The notes under the pieces are model-generated. The model was not told the DNA's origin and made no database searches. It saw only the letters and a list, made by a program, of their open reading frames with translations. This document shows, piece by piece, positions 40,476 through 52,562 of a DNA stretch of 64,000 nt. Position 1 is the stretch's first letter, and each line of letters begins with the position of its first letter. Made by a program: the position numbers and the translations under genes. Source of the DNA: Gammaproteobacteria bacterium (GTDB taxonomy: Bacteria; Pseudomonadota; Gammaproteobacteria; CAJXQU01); NCBI GenBank assembly GCA_965238175.1, contig CBDEGZ010000003.1, positions 1,824,001-1,888,000 of the forward strand. The letters are read 5' to 3'.

Positions 40476-41616
40476 TTTGATCCAAAATAAAATTGGCGAT
40501 TTGCTCTGTATTGTTTAAATCGAGAACGGGCAATTGTACGTCATCTTGCAGGGTTTCATCGCAAGCAATAGCGATAAAATCAGTTTTGTTTTTTGACAGT
40601 CTTTTTTTTCCAAGGCTGGGTCGAAAGACTTCTATCTTAGGTATCGACTCTAGCTTAAAACCTTCGATCAAAATCAGATCGAGACTTTTATGATCAAAAT
40701 GATTTATCAGACTTCCCAACGTCGGGTTATCAGTTTTTTCGGGCGTTTCTACTATATGAGCCCAACGTTTTTGAGATCCGACAATAACCTGTGATGCACC
40801 AGCTTTTCTAAGCTCGTAACTATCTTTACCTGGAAAATCTATTTCAAATTCATGGTGAGCATGTTTTACCAGGCCAATTCTTAGTTGTTTTTCTTTTAAA
40901 GTCGCGATCAGTTTTTTTAGTAAAGTTGTCTTGCCAGAGCCGCTGTGGGCTGCGAAACCAATTACTGGTAAATTGAGTCTATTCATCGTCATGCGACTTT
41001 CTGCTGTTTCCAAATCTTCAGGTGTATTAATGTTGATGAACATTTCTGGGTGATCAGAAAAATCTACATGGGCCACAGTGTGTTCGTTGTACCAAGTGTC
41101 GATTTTACGATGACCATTAGCAAGATATGCTTTTAATGAGGATAATAAATTCGATTTAATCAATGCAAAGACAGGCTGAACTCGATTGCCATCGTAAGCA
41201 ACGCATATATCAGCTTTGCTGGATTCATGGGTTTCTACAAAACGTGCGACTAAGTTACCTTCTAAAAAAGGTGAATCACAGGGAACAACCAGGATATGAG
41301 ATGTAGATACGAATTGCAGTGCCGTCGCCATACCCGCTAGAGGACCAACGTATCCACTAATTGTATCGCTGAGCACGGTGTGGCCTAATTTTTCATATTG
41401 ATCATGGTTGCGATTTGCATTAATCACAATATGATCAACTTGAGGCTTAAGAATATCCAATATATGCCGAATAAGAATGGTACCGGAGAGGGAAAGAAGT
41501 GCTTTATCGATCCCCCCCATCCTACGGGCTAAGCCGCCTGCCAGGATAATACCGGTGATACTTATAGATTGTTTACACGAACTAGTATTGCTCATGTGAT
41601 TAAATTCTACAGTCAA
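40462..41616 (-). CDS. mobAB: bifunctional MobA-MobB (start probably about 41595)
   Basis: LAGGLARRMGG.DK and NINTPEDL (MobA) fused to SGSGKTT, KHAHH, GKDS (MobB). Confidence 0.9.
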   Translation of the reverse strand: MTVEFNHMSNTSSCKQSISITGIILAGGLARRMGGIDKALLSLSGTILIRHILDILKPQVDHIVINANRNHDQYEKLGHTVLSDTISGYVGPLAGMATALQFVSTSHILVVPCDSPFLEGNLVARFVETHESSKADICVAYDGNRVQPVFALIKSNLLSSLKAYLANGHRKIDTWYNEHTVAHVDFSDHPEMFININTPEDLETAESRMTMNRLNLPVIGFAAHSGSGKTTLLKKLIATLKEKQLRIGLVKHAHHEFEIDFPGKDSYELRKAGASQVIVGSQKRWAHIVETPEKTDNPTLGSLINHFDHKSLDLILIEGFKLESIPKIEVFRPSLGKKRLSKNKTDFIAIACDETLQDDVQLPVLDLNNTEQIANFILDQIDND

Positions 41617-41715
41617 ACTGACATTTGTAAACTATTCCGAAAGCAGGATATATCTATTATAGTTTAGATAGTTATAATGTATTCTTGCTGGAGGGGATTA
41701 ACTTAGGAGCAAAAA

Positions 41716-42300
41716 ATGATGATTAACAAGTTGAATAATGTTCGATATTTTTTAGTGGTTGCTTTAATGTTCTGTGTTTTTGGGAATGTTAATGCTGCTG
41801 GTGCAGGTCAATCAAAAAATTATCTGGTACAACCGGGTGATGTTTTACATGTGGCAGTCTGGAAAGAAGAGGATCTAACACTTGATGTTCTCGTTCGTCC
41901 AGATGGGCACTTTTCATTTCCACTTGCGGGCGATATTAATGGCAATGGCAAAAATGCTCAGCAAATAACTAAGGAGCTTGCTAAGAAAATAGAAAAGTAC
42001 ATCCCTGATCCCGTGATTACGGTTTCGGTAGTACAAATACTCGGCAATAAAATATTCGTTATCGGTAAAGTGAATAACCCTGGTGAATTTATTATGAGCC
42101 ACGACATAGATGTGGTTCAGGCGATGAGTATGGCGGGTGGTGCATCTACATTTGCAGGCCTGAACAAGATTAAAATCTTGAGAAGGGATAAGAGTGGTAA
42201 ACAATCTGCAATACCGTTTAAGTATGCTGATATCGAATCGGGCCGTAATTTACATCAAAATATTCTATTGGAACCTGGAGATGTGGTTGTCGTTCCATAA
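41716..42300 (+). CDS. polysaccharide export protein (Wza/OPX, short form)
   Basis: YLVQPGDVL, VRPDG..SFPLAG, GKVNNPG, LEPGDVVVVP. Confidence 0.9.
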   Translation: MMINKLNNVRYFLVVALMFCVFGNVNAAGAGQSKNYLVQPGDVLHVAVWKEEDLTLDVLVRPDGHFSFPLAGDINGNGKNAQQITKELAKKIEKYIPDPVITVSVVQILGNKIFVIGKVNNPGEFIMSHDIDVVQAMSMAGGASTFAGLNKIKILRRDKSGKQSAIPFKYADIESGRNLHQNILLEPGDVVVVP

Positions 42301-42312
42301 AGGTATAATGTT

Positions 42313-43791
42313 TTGAAATTATCGGGGGAAAGTGAGATGAAAAACGGTATTGTTGTTCCGACAATGTTAATTGTGACAGCTTTTACATTGTCTATAGAGG
42401 CTGCTGAATATACAGCGACACCATATGTTAATGTGCGTCTTAGTGCAGACACAAATAAAAGGTTAACAACGCAGGAGGAGAAAACAACCACAGGTGCTGG
42501 CTTGAATGGCGGAGTAGTTTTTACTGCTGGTACTGAGAGATCGACATACTCACTCACCCCTAGATTCAATACAGGTTGGTTTTCTGATGATGGCAATAAC
42601 GTTGATCAGGACAATGATGATTACTTCATCGACTGGACGAGTTCACATCTTTTAAGTGAGAGGTTTTCTGCGGGTACCAATTTTACTTATGCTAATTCTG
42701 GTGTTGTCGGTACCGAATTGGATGATCAAGGCCTGACCTTGAATGGAGGTGATGATTTTGCAACTGAGGTTGGCCCAATCACAGAAAACTTTTCCAGAGA
42801 AACTTTTAGTGGTGGAGGTTCAATTTCCTATGCCTATGATGAGAAGAATAGTTTCAGCATCAGTGGAAGCTACTCAAAAACTGAATATGACACGAACGAA
42901 ACCGGCTTGGCAAATTATGATAGTCAGTCCGTGAACGCCTCTTGGTCTCATCAGTTGGGTGAGACAGATCAAATATCCGTATCAGTCCATGCTTCCAAGC
43001 AAGATTCTGACCGTGATTTTTTGCTTGAACAAAGTATTAGTCTTGGGCTTAGTTCTAGCTCAATTGATACAAGTTCTAATGAAACGGGTATTTCCTTAGG
43101 CTATATACACAGTTTTAGTGATACATTGGCTGGCAGTTTCAATGTGGGTACGCGTAGTACGGATTCTAATTTTGCAGACCTGACTGATTTTCAATATCAA
43201 TTAACTAGAGAATCTGCCGCTGCAGCACAGGGTTTAGTTAACCCTAGTGATGGACTACCTGTTACTAATGTTATTGATAGAGACCACCCAGCTCTTTCTA
43301 ACCCGTTTTTTTTACTGGCAAACCCAACCTTTTTACAAGGTAGTGACGTCGTAAATAGAGTTTACCAACAAGGTGAAAATAACAGTTCCGGATTAACTCT
43401 GGATGCAAGTATTGAAAAGCTCTATAGCGACAAAACAACGATTACAGCAGGGATATCTAAAGGTACACAGTCAACAGGTCTTGGTATATCAGAAAATGAA
43501 GCGGTTTATTTAAGCGGTAACTACCTGTGGTCAGATCGTTTAACTACGAATGGTAGGTTCCAATACTCGACTATTGACTCACAGAATGAGTCAACGCTTT
43601 TCCCAGATGCGGGTAAAAATGAGCAGTTTCTTCTTGAGTTAGGATTAAATTGGCGCTGGACTGAGTTCTGGTCGTTAGGTGCGGGTTATAGTTATCGCGA
43701 AATTGATCGTGAAGACGACGACTCTGCTGATAATCATGGTGTGTTTTTCACGCTTGGTTATAACGGCAATACATACTCCAGATCACGCTAA
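42313..43791 (+). CDS. outer-membrane beta-barrel of the EPS locus (start probably 42337)
   Basis: Signal peptide, alternating beta strands, aromatic C-terminal strand; position after the OPX gene. Confidence 0.72.
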   Translation: MKLSGESEMKNGIVVPTMLIVTAFTLSIEAAEYTATPYVNVRLSADTNKRLTTQEEKTTTGAGLNGGVVFTAGTERSTYSLTPRFNTGWFSDDGNNVDQDNDDYFIDWTSSHLLSERFSAGTNFTYANSGVVGTELDDQGLTLNGGDDFATEVGPITENFSRETFSGGGSISYAYDEKNSFSISGSYSKTEYDTNETGLANYDSQSVNASWSHQLGETDQISVSVHASKQDSDRDFLLEQSISLGLSSSSIDTSSNETGISLGYIHSFSDTLAGSFNVGTRSTDSNFADLTDFQYQLTRESAAAAQGLVNPSDGLPVTNVIDRDHPALSNPFFLLANPTFLQGSDVVNRVYQQGENNSSGLTLDASIEKLYSDKTTITAGISKGTQSTGLGISENEAVYLSGNYLWSDRLTTNGRFQYSTIDSQNESTLFPDAGKNEQFLLELGLNWRWTEFWSLGAGYSYREIDREDDDSADNHGVFFTLGYNGNTYSRSR

Positions 43792-43805
43792 CCCAACCTA
43801 AACCT

Positions 43806-43848
43806 CTATCTCAATATTTCAGACGTTTGTCTTAAAATATTGAGATAG
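43806..43848. terminator. long hairpin after the barrel gene
   Basis: CTATCTCAATATTT...AAATATTGAGATAG 14-bp stem. Confidence 0.6.
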
Positions 43849-43862
43849 TTCTACACTCTAAA

Positions 43863-43905
43863 GTCATCTAACTGTCAAATTTACAAAACTTGTCAATAAA
43901 GTGAC
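43863..43905. promoter_or_regulatory. FleQ-like boxes
   Basis: GTCAATAAAGTGAC (43892-43905) and a weaker GTCATCTAACTGTC. Confidence 0.45.
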
Positions 43906-44228
43906 AATCCATAACACTATATTGTAAAACATAACTATCACTTTTTGATCTGATGTGAGATTCTGCGTTTATTATAGTCTTGGAAGAGCATTATAGAGAC
44001 GGATAATCAAGAATTCGAATGTGATGTTATTTCTTTCAATACAATTCTATAATGTTGATATACGTCACATTATTTAACATTGATCCGATTATTAAACTGT
44101 ATAAACTTATCTAATGCTTAATCAGGAACAAAAGTTGCGGGTAATATTAGAAAAATCATCTAATAATTACCGGTTTAGCTAACCTGAAAGCTAACGATGT
44201 TTGATCAAATTATTGAGTTAAAAAGTAA

Positions 44229-46136
44229 ATGAATATGATAGTAGAAGAGCCCGAAAAAGAAATTGGTGATTATTTTAATATTTTAAGACGCCATACAACG
44301 CTCATTTTTGTTGTAATAGCACTGATACTAGCGATTAGTTTAAGTTTTGCATTTGGTCTTAAGGCGGTTTATAAATCTTCATCCACCATTCTTATCGAGC
44401 AGCAACAGGTACCTCAAGATTTTGTACGTACTCTTGTCACCAGCTTTGCTGAGCAACGGATACAAGTTATTGGTCAGAAGGTTTTATCCACCAGAAACCT
44501 TCTTTCCTTGATAGAGAAATACGATCTCTATAAAGAGGAGCGTAAAATAGATCCTCTAGAATTTGTTGTCAAGGATATGAGAGAGAAAATCAGCCTTGAT
44601 ATGATCAGTGCAGATGTTGTAGATCCACGAAGTGGTCAAGCAAGATCTGCAACCATCGCATTTTCATTATCTTTTGAAGATCATTCCGCTAAATTGGCCC
44701 AAAGCGTCACAAATGAGTTAACGAACTTGTTTTTAAATGAAAATATAAAGAACCGTACTGAAACATCTATTGAGGCTTCTGCCTTTCTGGAGTCTGAAGC
44801 GGGTAAGTTAAGAACGACTATTGCTTCGCTAGAAGAAAAATTAGCCACGTTTAAAGAGGACAATGCCGATAATTTGCCAGAACTTGCACAACTGAATCTG
44901 CAAATAATGAATAGAACTGAGCAGGAAATTTTAGAGGTTAAAAGGCAAATCAGAAGTACTAATGAACGTAAAATCTATCTGGCCGCAGAATTGGCGCAGC
45001 AACCCGAAACAATTGATGAACAACGCTACAACCCGGCATTTGATATTCAACGGCAGAAGTATGAAATTTCATTACAACGACATCAATATCAATTGCAACA
45101 GCGAGCCGAAGAGCTCAATCGTAAAACAAGGATAGGGCAACTTGAACCAGATACTAGGCTTGAAGCGCTACAAGCAGAATATTTGGCTTCTGTCTCAAAA
45201 TATTCATCTGGACATCCTGATGTCCAACGCTTAAAACGGGAAATAGATTCACTACGTAAGGAAGTCGGTTCTTCTGCGTCTGATACAACTGTGCTGGATA
45301 GTAGAATTGCTAATTTAGAGCAAACATTATCTTCGGCAAGAGAACGTTACTCAGCAGATCATCCAGATATTCGTCGTTATGAAAGAGAATTAAATGAACT
45401 TGAAAGCCAACGAAATTCAAAAGTGATTGAGTTTAAAAGTTCTGGTGCTGCTGATAGACCTAAGTTTCCTGGTTATAACGTTACCGAACCTCAATTTTTA
45501 ATTAAAGAACGGCCAAATCCGGCTCATGTGCAATTAAAGTCACAACTTGAAGCGGCAGATACTGAAATTAGTTCACTGGATAAGAAAGTTCTTGAATTAG
45601 AAGGGAAACGAGATGACTATGAAAGTCGCTTAACTAGAACACCTCAGGTAGAAAGACAATATCGTGACTTAACCCGTGATTTTGATACTGCAACTCTTAA
45701 ATATCGAGAAATTAGTTCTAAACAGTTAGAAGCACAGCTGTCACAATCTTTAGAGTCAGAGCGTAAAGGAGAACGGTTTGTATTGATCGAACCTCCAATA
45801 CTCCCGCAAGAACCTTTCAAACCAAATCGGCTTGCGATTGCCTTTTTAGGGTTTATTTTTTCTATAGCAAGCGGGATAGGTGCTGCATCACTTGCGGAGG
45901 CATTGAATCAAACAGTAAATGGTAGACACGGTGTAATGGAACTAATGGGAGAAGCACCTTTGGCCTCTGTACCATATATCATAACGGCAATCGATATTAG
46001 AAAAAAGATAGTGCGGAGAAGTTTAGTCACATTCGGTATGGTGGCTTCAATAATAATAGCGGCTGTTTTAATCCATTTTTATTTTCTGCCTCTTGATGTG
46101 TTCTGGTTTAAAAGTTTAAGAAAATTTGGAATATAG
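44229..46136 (+). CDS. polysaccharide co-polymerase/chain-length determinant (Wzc N-terminal part/GumC)
   Basis: Two TMs, long coiled coil, YxxxHPD twice, F.LIEPP.LP..P.KPNR. Confidence 0.9.
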   Translation: MNMIVEEPEKEIGDYFNILRRHTTLIFVVIALILAISLSFAFGLKAVYKSSSTILIEQQQVPQDFVRTLVTSFAEQRIQVIGQKVLSTRNLLSLIEKYDLYKEERKIDPLEFVVKDMREKISLDMISADVVDPRSGQARSATIAFSLSFEDHSAKLAQSVTNELTNLFLNENIKNRTETSIEASAFLESEAGKLRTTIASLEEKLATFKEDNADNLPELAQLNLQIMNRTEQEILEVKRQIRSTNERKIYLAAELAQQPETIDEQRYNPAFDIQRQKYEISLQRHQYQLQQRAEELNRKTRIGQLEPDTRLEALQAEYLASVSKYSSGHPDVQRLKREIDSLRKEVGSSASDTTVLDSRIANLEQTLSSARERYSADHPDIRRYERELNELESQRNSKVIEFKSSGAADRPKFPGYNVTEPQFLIKERPNPAHVQLKSQLEAADTEISSLDKKVLELEGKRDDYESRLTRTPQVERQYRDLTRDFDTATLKYREISSKQLEAQLSQSLESERKGERFVLIEPPILPQEPFKPNRLAIAFLGFIFSIASGIGAASLAEALNQTVNGRHGVMELMGEAPLASVPYIITAIDIRKKIVRRSLVTFGMVASIIIAAVLIHFYFLPLDVFWFKSLRKFGI

Positions 46137-46197
46137 AGAAAGTAAATAATAGCGATATTTAGCAATCTAGTAGATAAATTAACGAACAGGTATCAAG

Positions 46198-47031
46198 ATG
46201 GAAAGGATCAAACAGGCATTATTAGCCAGAGCAAGAGAAGAACGGCAAAATGGAGATGTTTCACTTGTAAACTTTAAAAGTCGACAAGATCAGCAAGCTT
46301 TGGCTCAGAACGATGATCTTAACTTTGAGTATACTCAAACGAAGATATTTGAACCTGATCATAAGTTGTTAAAAAAGAACCGGATCTTGATAGATAAAGA
46401 TCATGATCGAGCGAATGCTGCATATAAGTTATTAAGAACGCAACTTGAGCAACGTATGCTCGCAAAAAATTGGAATACGCTTGCGGTCACAAGCCCAGGG
46501 CCTGACCATGGGAAATCGTTAACCAGTATTAACCTGGCCATTAGCCTCGCTAAAGCATCACACCACACAGTGCTATTAGTCGATTTAGATATGCGTAAAC
46601 CATCCGTACATCGATATTTTGGTTTTGAACCAGAGTACGGTATCTATGATTGCATTTCTGAAGATTTACCATTGGAACAAATTTTAATTAATCCAGGTAT
46701 TGAAAGGTTGGTCATTGCTCCTGGAAAGCAATCAATTTATAACTCTTCCGAATTGCTGGCTTCACCTAAAATGGGCGAATTAGTTAATGAGATAAAAAAT
46801 CGATATCGCTCAAGATATATCATCTTTGATCTACCCCCTGTTTTAGCGACTGATGATGCGATGGCCTTTTCGCCTTATATTGATGCTACTTTACTGGTTT
46901 TGGAAGACGCCGTAACGGCCAAAGATCAGCTCAAGCAAACACTTGAAATGCTACAGGGGACCGAAATAATTGGGACAGTATTAAATAAATCTAAGACCAA
47001 AAAAGGAAATTACTATTACTATTATTATTAA
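46198..47031 (+). CDS. BY-kinase (CpsD/CapB tyrosine autokinase)
   Basis: TSPGPDHGKS, LLVDLDMRKP, IFDLPPVL, C-terminal YYYYYY. Confidence 0.92.
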   Translation: MERIKQALLARAREERQNGDVSLVNFKSRQDQQALAQNDDLNFEYTQTKIFEPDHKLLKKNRILIDKDHDRANAAYKLLRTQLEQRMLAKNWNTLAVTSPGPDHGKSLTSINLAISLAKASHHTVLLVDLDMRKPSVHRYFGFEPEYGIYDCISEDLPLEQILINPGIERLVIAPGKQSIYNSSELLASPKMGELVNEIKNRYRSRYIIFDLPPVLATDDAMAFSPYIDATLLVLEDAVTAKDQLKQTLEMLQGTEIIGTVLNKSKTKKGNYYYYYY

Positions 47032-47136
47032 TTTTGTAATTAACTGAGTGACTAATTTTTAGTTTAAACTATTGATCGGGCTTATTTACTTAAGTTAAGG
47101 ATTAATAAAAAATAATATGAAGGGATATTACTGACA

Positions 47137-48087
47137 ATGTACGAACAATTTTTTGGTTTTAGAGAAAAGCCATTTTCGTTACTACCAGACCCGGATCTTT
47201 TATATTTGGGTAATAAGCACAGCATGGCGTTGGCACTTTTACAATACGCGATCCTTAATCAGATAATGGTGACAGTGCTGAGTGGTGAAATTGGTTCTGG
47301 AAAGACTACACTGATTCGGCACATTATGGCTCAGCTTGGCGATGAAGTTAATATTGGCCTCATTTCAAATACCCATGCTGATTTTGGAGATTTGATCCAA
47401 TGGGTATGCCTTGCTTATGGCCTTCCAGTTCAAGGAAAAGATAAAATCACGCTGTATCAGGATTTTCACGAGTACTTGATCGAGTGCTATGCACGTGGCC
47501 AACGATCAATTCTAGTCATAGATGAATCGCAAAATCTGGATGTTAGTGCGTTAGAAGAATTAAGACTTCTAACTAATATAAATGCCGGTAAAGACAATAT
47601 CTTGCAACTTGTCTTAGTTGGCCAGCCAGAATTACGTCAAAAATTTAAGCTCCCAGGTTTAGAACAGTTTATGCAACGTGTTGGTGTTGCCTACCATTTG
47701 AAACCATTAGATCGAGAAGAAACTGATCGTTATATTCGGCACAGAATAAAATCAGTTGGAGGTGATCCTGATTTATTTGAGCCGGTAGCATTACGCTTTA
47801 TTCATCACCAAAGTGGTGGGATCCCACGTTTGATCAATGTCATCTGCGATTCTGCACTCGTATATGCTTATGGTGAGCGTAGGAAACGTATCGATGTAGG
47901 CCTGGTACATCAGGTTGTGCAAGACAAAATCAAGACAGGTTTACTTGCAACAAGAAAAGGTTATGTAGATCGTAATGTTGATATTGCAATACCGAAAAAA
48001 GTTGTTAAAGAATCTATAGCTGAGCCAGAAAAAAAAAACAGGGATGGTTTCATCCCTAAGTCATACTTTGCAGATAAAGCTCAGTAA
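47137..48087 (+). CDS. ExeA-like AAA ATPase (PEP-CTERM/EPS-locus type)
   Basis: MYEQFFGFREKPFSLLPDP, GEIGSGKTT, IDESQNL, GGIPRLIN. Confidence 0.88.
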   Translation: MYEQFFGFREKPFSLLPDPDLLYLGNKHSMALALLQYAILNQIMVTVLSGEIGSGKTTLIRHIMAQLGDEVNIGLISNTHADFGDLIQWVCLAYGLPVQGKDKITLYQDFHEYLIECYARGQRSILVIDESQNLDVSALEELRLLTNINAGKDNILQLVLVGQPELRQKFKLPGLEQFMQRVGVAYHLKPLDREETDRYIRHRIKSVGGDPDLFEPVALRFIHHQSGGIPRLINVICDSALVYAYGERRKRIDVGLVHQVVQDKIKTGLLATRKGYVDRNVDIAIPKKVVKESIAEPEKKNRDGFIPKSYFADKAQ

Positions 48088-48220
48088 ATAGTTCGCTTCA
48101 GCAATATACGCTATCATATTGATTCTAAACAGTAGGATGAAAGTAATCAACCCTATATAATCTTCATCATTGTTCAACCTTTTTCTTTGCCAGATTAACC
48201 AGGGCGGGGACAAAAAAACT

Positions 48221-48577
48221 ATGAGAAGACCTTTTTACCTAATGTTGATGACCCCAGCAGCACTATTTGCTGGTGAGGCAGATGTGCTGAATGTAGTTAT
48301 CAAACATTCTTTCGACGATGTATACGAATTCAATGTTACTGTTAAACATGATGATCAAGGTTGGGATCATTATGCTAACGGTTGGGAAGTTTTAACGCCT
48401 TCTGGAAAAGTAATTGACGTTAGGGTTTTGCATCATCCGCATAAAAATGAGCAACCTTTTACACGTTCGATGCATATCAAAATTCCGCAAAATATTTCTG
48501 AGGTAACTATCAGGACACACGATAACGTGCACAAATATGGTGGCGAAGAAAAGACACTGAAGATACCAGACCGATAA
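48221..48577 (+). CDS. exported hypothetical protein
   Basis: Signal peptide; H.D.GWDHYANGWEV, RVLHHPH..EQPFTRS. Confidence 0.75.
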   Translation: MRRPFYLMLMTPAALFAGEADVLNVVIKHSFDDVYEFNVTVKHDDQGWDHYANGWEVLTPSGKVIDVRVLHHPHKNEQPFTRSMHIKIPQNISEVTIRTHDNVHKYGGEEKTLKIPDR

Positions 48578-48612
48578 TTAGGTTATCCGATTTAACTTTA
48601 AAAATATAGATT

Positions 48613-49911
48613 ATGGAAAGTGATAATAATTTTGACTATCGACCACTTGCTGATCGAATGCGACCGCAAGAAATTAAACAGGTTGTCGGTCAAGATCATT
48701 TGCTTGCAGAAGGTAAACCATTAAGACTTGCAATTGAATCTGGTCGCTTGCATTCTATGGTTTTTTGGGGCCCACCAGGTACTGGAAAAACAACCTTAGC
48801 GAGATTGATCGCACAACACGCCGATGCGCAATTCTTAACTATTTCAGCAGTATTGGGTGGGGTTAAAGAGATCCGCTCTGCAATTGATCAGGCGAAAAAG
48901 ATAAGGGAAGCTTATCAAAAAAATACGGTCCTTTTTGTAGATGAAGTACACCGTTTTAATAAGGCTCAGCAAGATGCGTTTTTGCCACATATAGAAGATG
49001 GAACGATAACCTTCGTCGGTGCGACGACAGAAAATCCTTCTTTTGAGTTAAACAATGCGTTGTTATCACGGGTACGTGTCTATGTATTGAAATCGCTTTC
49101 TGCAAAGCAGATCAAAAATATAATTGATATCGCATCTAAGAAGCTAGAAGTAATAGTTCCTGAGAATTTACAGGACATGCTTTCAGAAGCAGCTGATGGC
49201 GATGCTCGAAAAGTCCTTAACTTACTCGAAATAGCCACTGATCTTGCTACTGATGGTCAAATAACAGAGTCACACCTGGAACAGGTTTTAGCCGGTGGAT
49301 CACTGCGTCGTTTCGACAAAGGTGGAGAAGCGTTTTATGATCAAATCTCCGCATTGCACAAATCTGTTAGAGGTTCATCACCAGATGCTTCTCTTTATTG
49401 GTTTGCGAGAATGATCGATGGCGGTTGTGATCCGCTTTATATTGCTCGAAGAGTCGTTCGCATTGCTTCTGAAGATATTGGGAATGCCGATCCTCGTGCT
49501 TTACGTATCGCACTGGATGCGTGGGAAACACAGGAGCGGCTAGGGAGTCCTGAAGGGGAGTTGGCTATCGCACAAGCAATCGTCTATCTAGCATCAGCTG
49601 CCAAGAGCAATGCAGTCTACATGGCCTGGTTTGCCGTGATGCAAGATGTTCGTGAGTATGGTTCTCTTGAGGTGCCTATGCATATTAGAAATGCACCGAC
49701 TAAGATGATGAAAGAAATGGAGTACGGAAAAGGGTATCGTTATGCGCATAATGAACCGGATGCTTACGCTGCAGGAGAAAGTTATTTACCAGAGGAATTA
49801 CAAGATCGTCAGTATTATGATCCTGCTCCGAGAGGAATGGAGATCAAAATTGGTGAAAAACTTACTCGATTAAGAGAATTAGATCGGCAAAAAATAAATA
49901 AGAAATCATGA
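48613..49911 (+). CDS. rarA: replication-associated recombination protein A
   Basis: [41 protein letters not shown]. Confidence 0.95.
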   Translation: MESDNNFDYRPLADRMRPQEIKQVVGQDHLLAEGKPLRLAIESGRLHSMVFWGPPGTGKTTLARLIAQHADAQFLTISAVLGGVKEIRSAIDQAKKIREAYQKNTVLFVDEVHRFNKAQQDAFLPHIEDGTITFVGATTENPSFELNNALLSRVRVYVLKSLSAKQIKNIIDIASKKLEVIVPENLQDMLSEAADGDARKVLNLLEIATDLATDGQITESHLEQVLAGGSLRRFDKGGEAFYDQISALHKSVRGSSPDASLYWFARMIDGGCDPLYIARRVVRIASEDIGNADPRALRIALDAWETQERLGSPEGELAIAQAIVYLASAAKSNAVYMAWFAVMQDVREYGSLEVPMHIRNAPTKMMKEMEYGKGYRYAHNEPDAYAAGESYLPEELQDRQYYDPAPRGMEIKIGEKLTRLRELDRQKINKKS

Positions 49912-50282
49912 CACAGTTAATTAGCATAGCTTTAGGTGGTGCAATCGGTGCTGTTTTACGCTTTATGACCTCAAATATGGTCTATTCCCAACTGGGAAGA
50001 GTTTTTCCATGGGGAACTTTAATGGTCAATGTGATCGGATCACTTTTCATGGGCTTATTATTCGTCTTATTTACAGAGCGCATGGAGCTAAATAGTGACG
50101 TACGTGCATTTATTACTGTTGGCTTATTAGGCGCTTTTACAACTTTTTCAACTTTTACGATTGAAACGATGAATTTGATCGAATCGGGTGAGCTGATGAG
50201 GGCAGGAGTTAATATTCTCGCGAGTGTTGTTTGTTGTCTTGCTGCTTGTTGGCTGGGGATGATCATTGCGAGACAGTTATAG
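49908..50282 (+). CDS. crcB: fluoride efflux channel Fluc
   Basis: [26 protein letters not shown]. Confidence 0.95.
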   Translation: MTQLISIALGGAIGAVLRFMTSNMVYSQLGRVFPWGTLMVNVIGSLFMGLLFVLFTERMELNSDVRAFITVGLLGAFTTFSTFTIETMNLIESGELMRAGVNILASVVCCLAACWLGMIIARQL

Positions 50283-50409
50283 TAAAAAGTTATTCCTTAA
50301 CAGTTATGAAATGAGCAATGACCTGTATAATTGCCGTCTTTTGAGCAGAATCATTTCTGAACAGTACAAAATTTAAAATACAAGCCTAAGGAATAGAAGG
50401 AAATAATAA

Positions 50410-51681
<1,272 letters not shown>

Positions 51682-51703
51682 CTAATAATCAAATTTTGCG
51701 TCT

Positions 51704-52030
51704 TTAATGAATGTTGCTATCCATGTCTAAATAGTCAAGATCATCAAAGTCATCAAAGTCATCAAACTCGTCTTGCATTACTTGATCAACAATTGTTTGT
51801 ACAGAACTACTATGAGATAGATCGACGACTAAGTCATCAAACATTTCCATAAAGGATCGGCGTAATGCTCTTTCCGTTTTATCAGTCATGTTTAGATCTT
51901 TAACTAAAGAACTGTGTGGTTTTATGTCTTCCAGTTCGACATTAAGAACATCGGAAATGACGGAATATACGGTCATGGTCATTAAGCCTTTTACTGTTTC
52001 CAGCTCGTTATCATCAGTTTTAAAACACAT
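51704..52030 (-). CDS. ACP-fold-like protein lacking the DSL serine, with acidic tail
   Basis: VISDVLNVELEDIKPHSSLVKDLNMTD aligns by eye to ACP helix 1 and loop; GAGGG RBS. Confidence 0.6.
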   Translation of the reverse strand: MCFKTDDNELETVKGLMTMTVYSVISDVLNVELEDIKPHSSLVKDLNMTDKTERALRRSFMEMFDDLVVDLSHSSSVQTIVDQVMQDEFDDFDDFDDLDYLDMDSNIH

Positions 52031-52562
52031 AGGTCCCTCTAGTGTATTAATGGTTTAAAAGGTGGTGAATTTATAGAATCATCCTTGATTACTATGCGCT
52101 AAATCCACATAAAGTTTAACGACAGAGATTTTAAAAACTTAAATTTGAAATATGAACTAGTCAGCAAAAATGAACACTTATCAAAATAATCTTTTTGCAA
52201 ACCTGGAGCAATATCCTTGAGAGCAGTATCGGTAGAGAGCTGTTGTCGGTAGAGAGTATTTATCCACAATTTCATGATCATAAATTAATAGTTTGTGATT
52301 GGGATAATGTAATAAAAGCGAAGAAGTGGGGTTTCCAGAAAAACATAAGCTCGTCTAATCGAGGGAGCTGCCGCAGCGAAACTTTAAAGATAAACTGGGG
52401 AAAATAGAGCTAATACATTTAATGAGTTGGATTCTAAAAATGGTGTACTTCCAGCTTATCTATGGAAATATTCAAGTTATTTATAATCTTGAATTAAGAA
52501 AAGAAGCTGGGTTTAGTGATAAGGAATTAAAAATACTAAGTAATGAGAATAAATAGTTAAGC

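Noticed and set aside
40462-41616. MobA-MobB fusion as a novelty
   Set aside because: Bifunctional MobAB fusions are already well known
47010-47031. TAT/TAC microsatellite as a phase-variation tract
   Set aside because: Encodes the normal BY-kinase tyrosine cluster
52260-52268. DnaA box TTATCCACA
   Set aside because: Single copy with no cluster or oriC context; expected by chance
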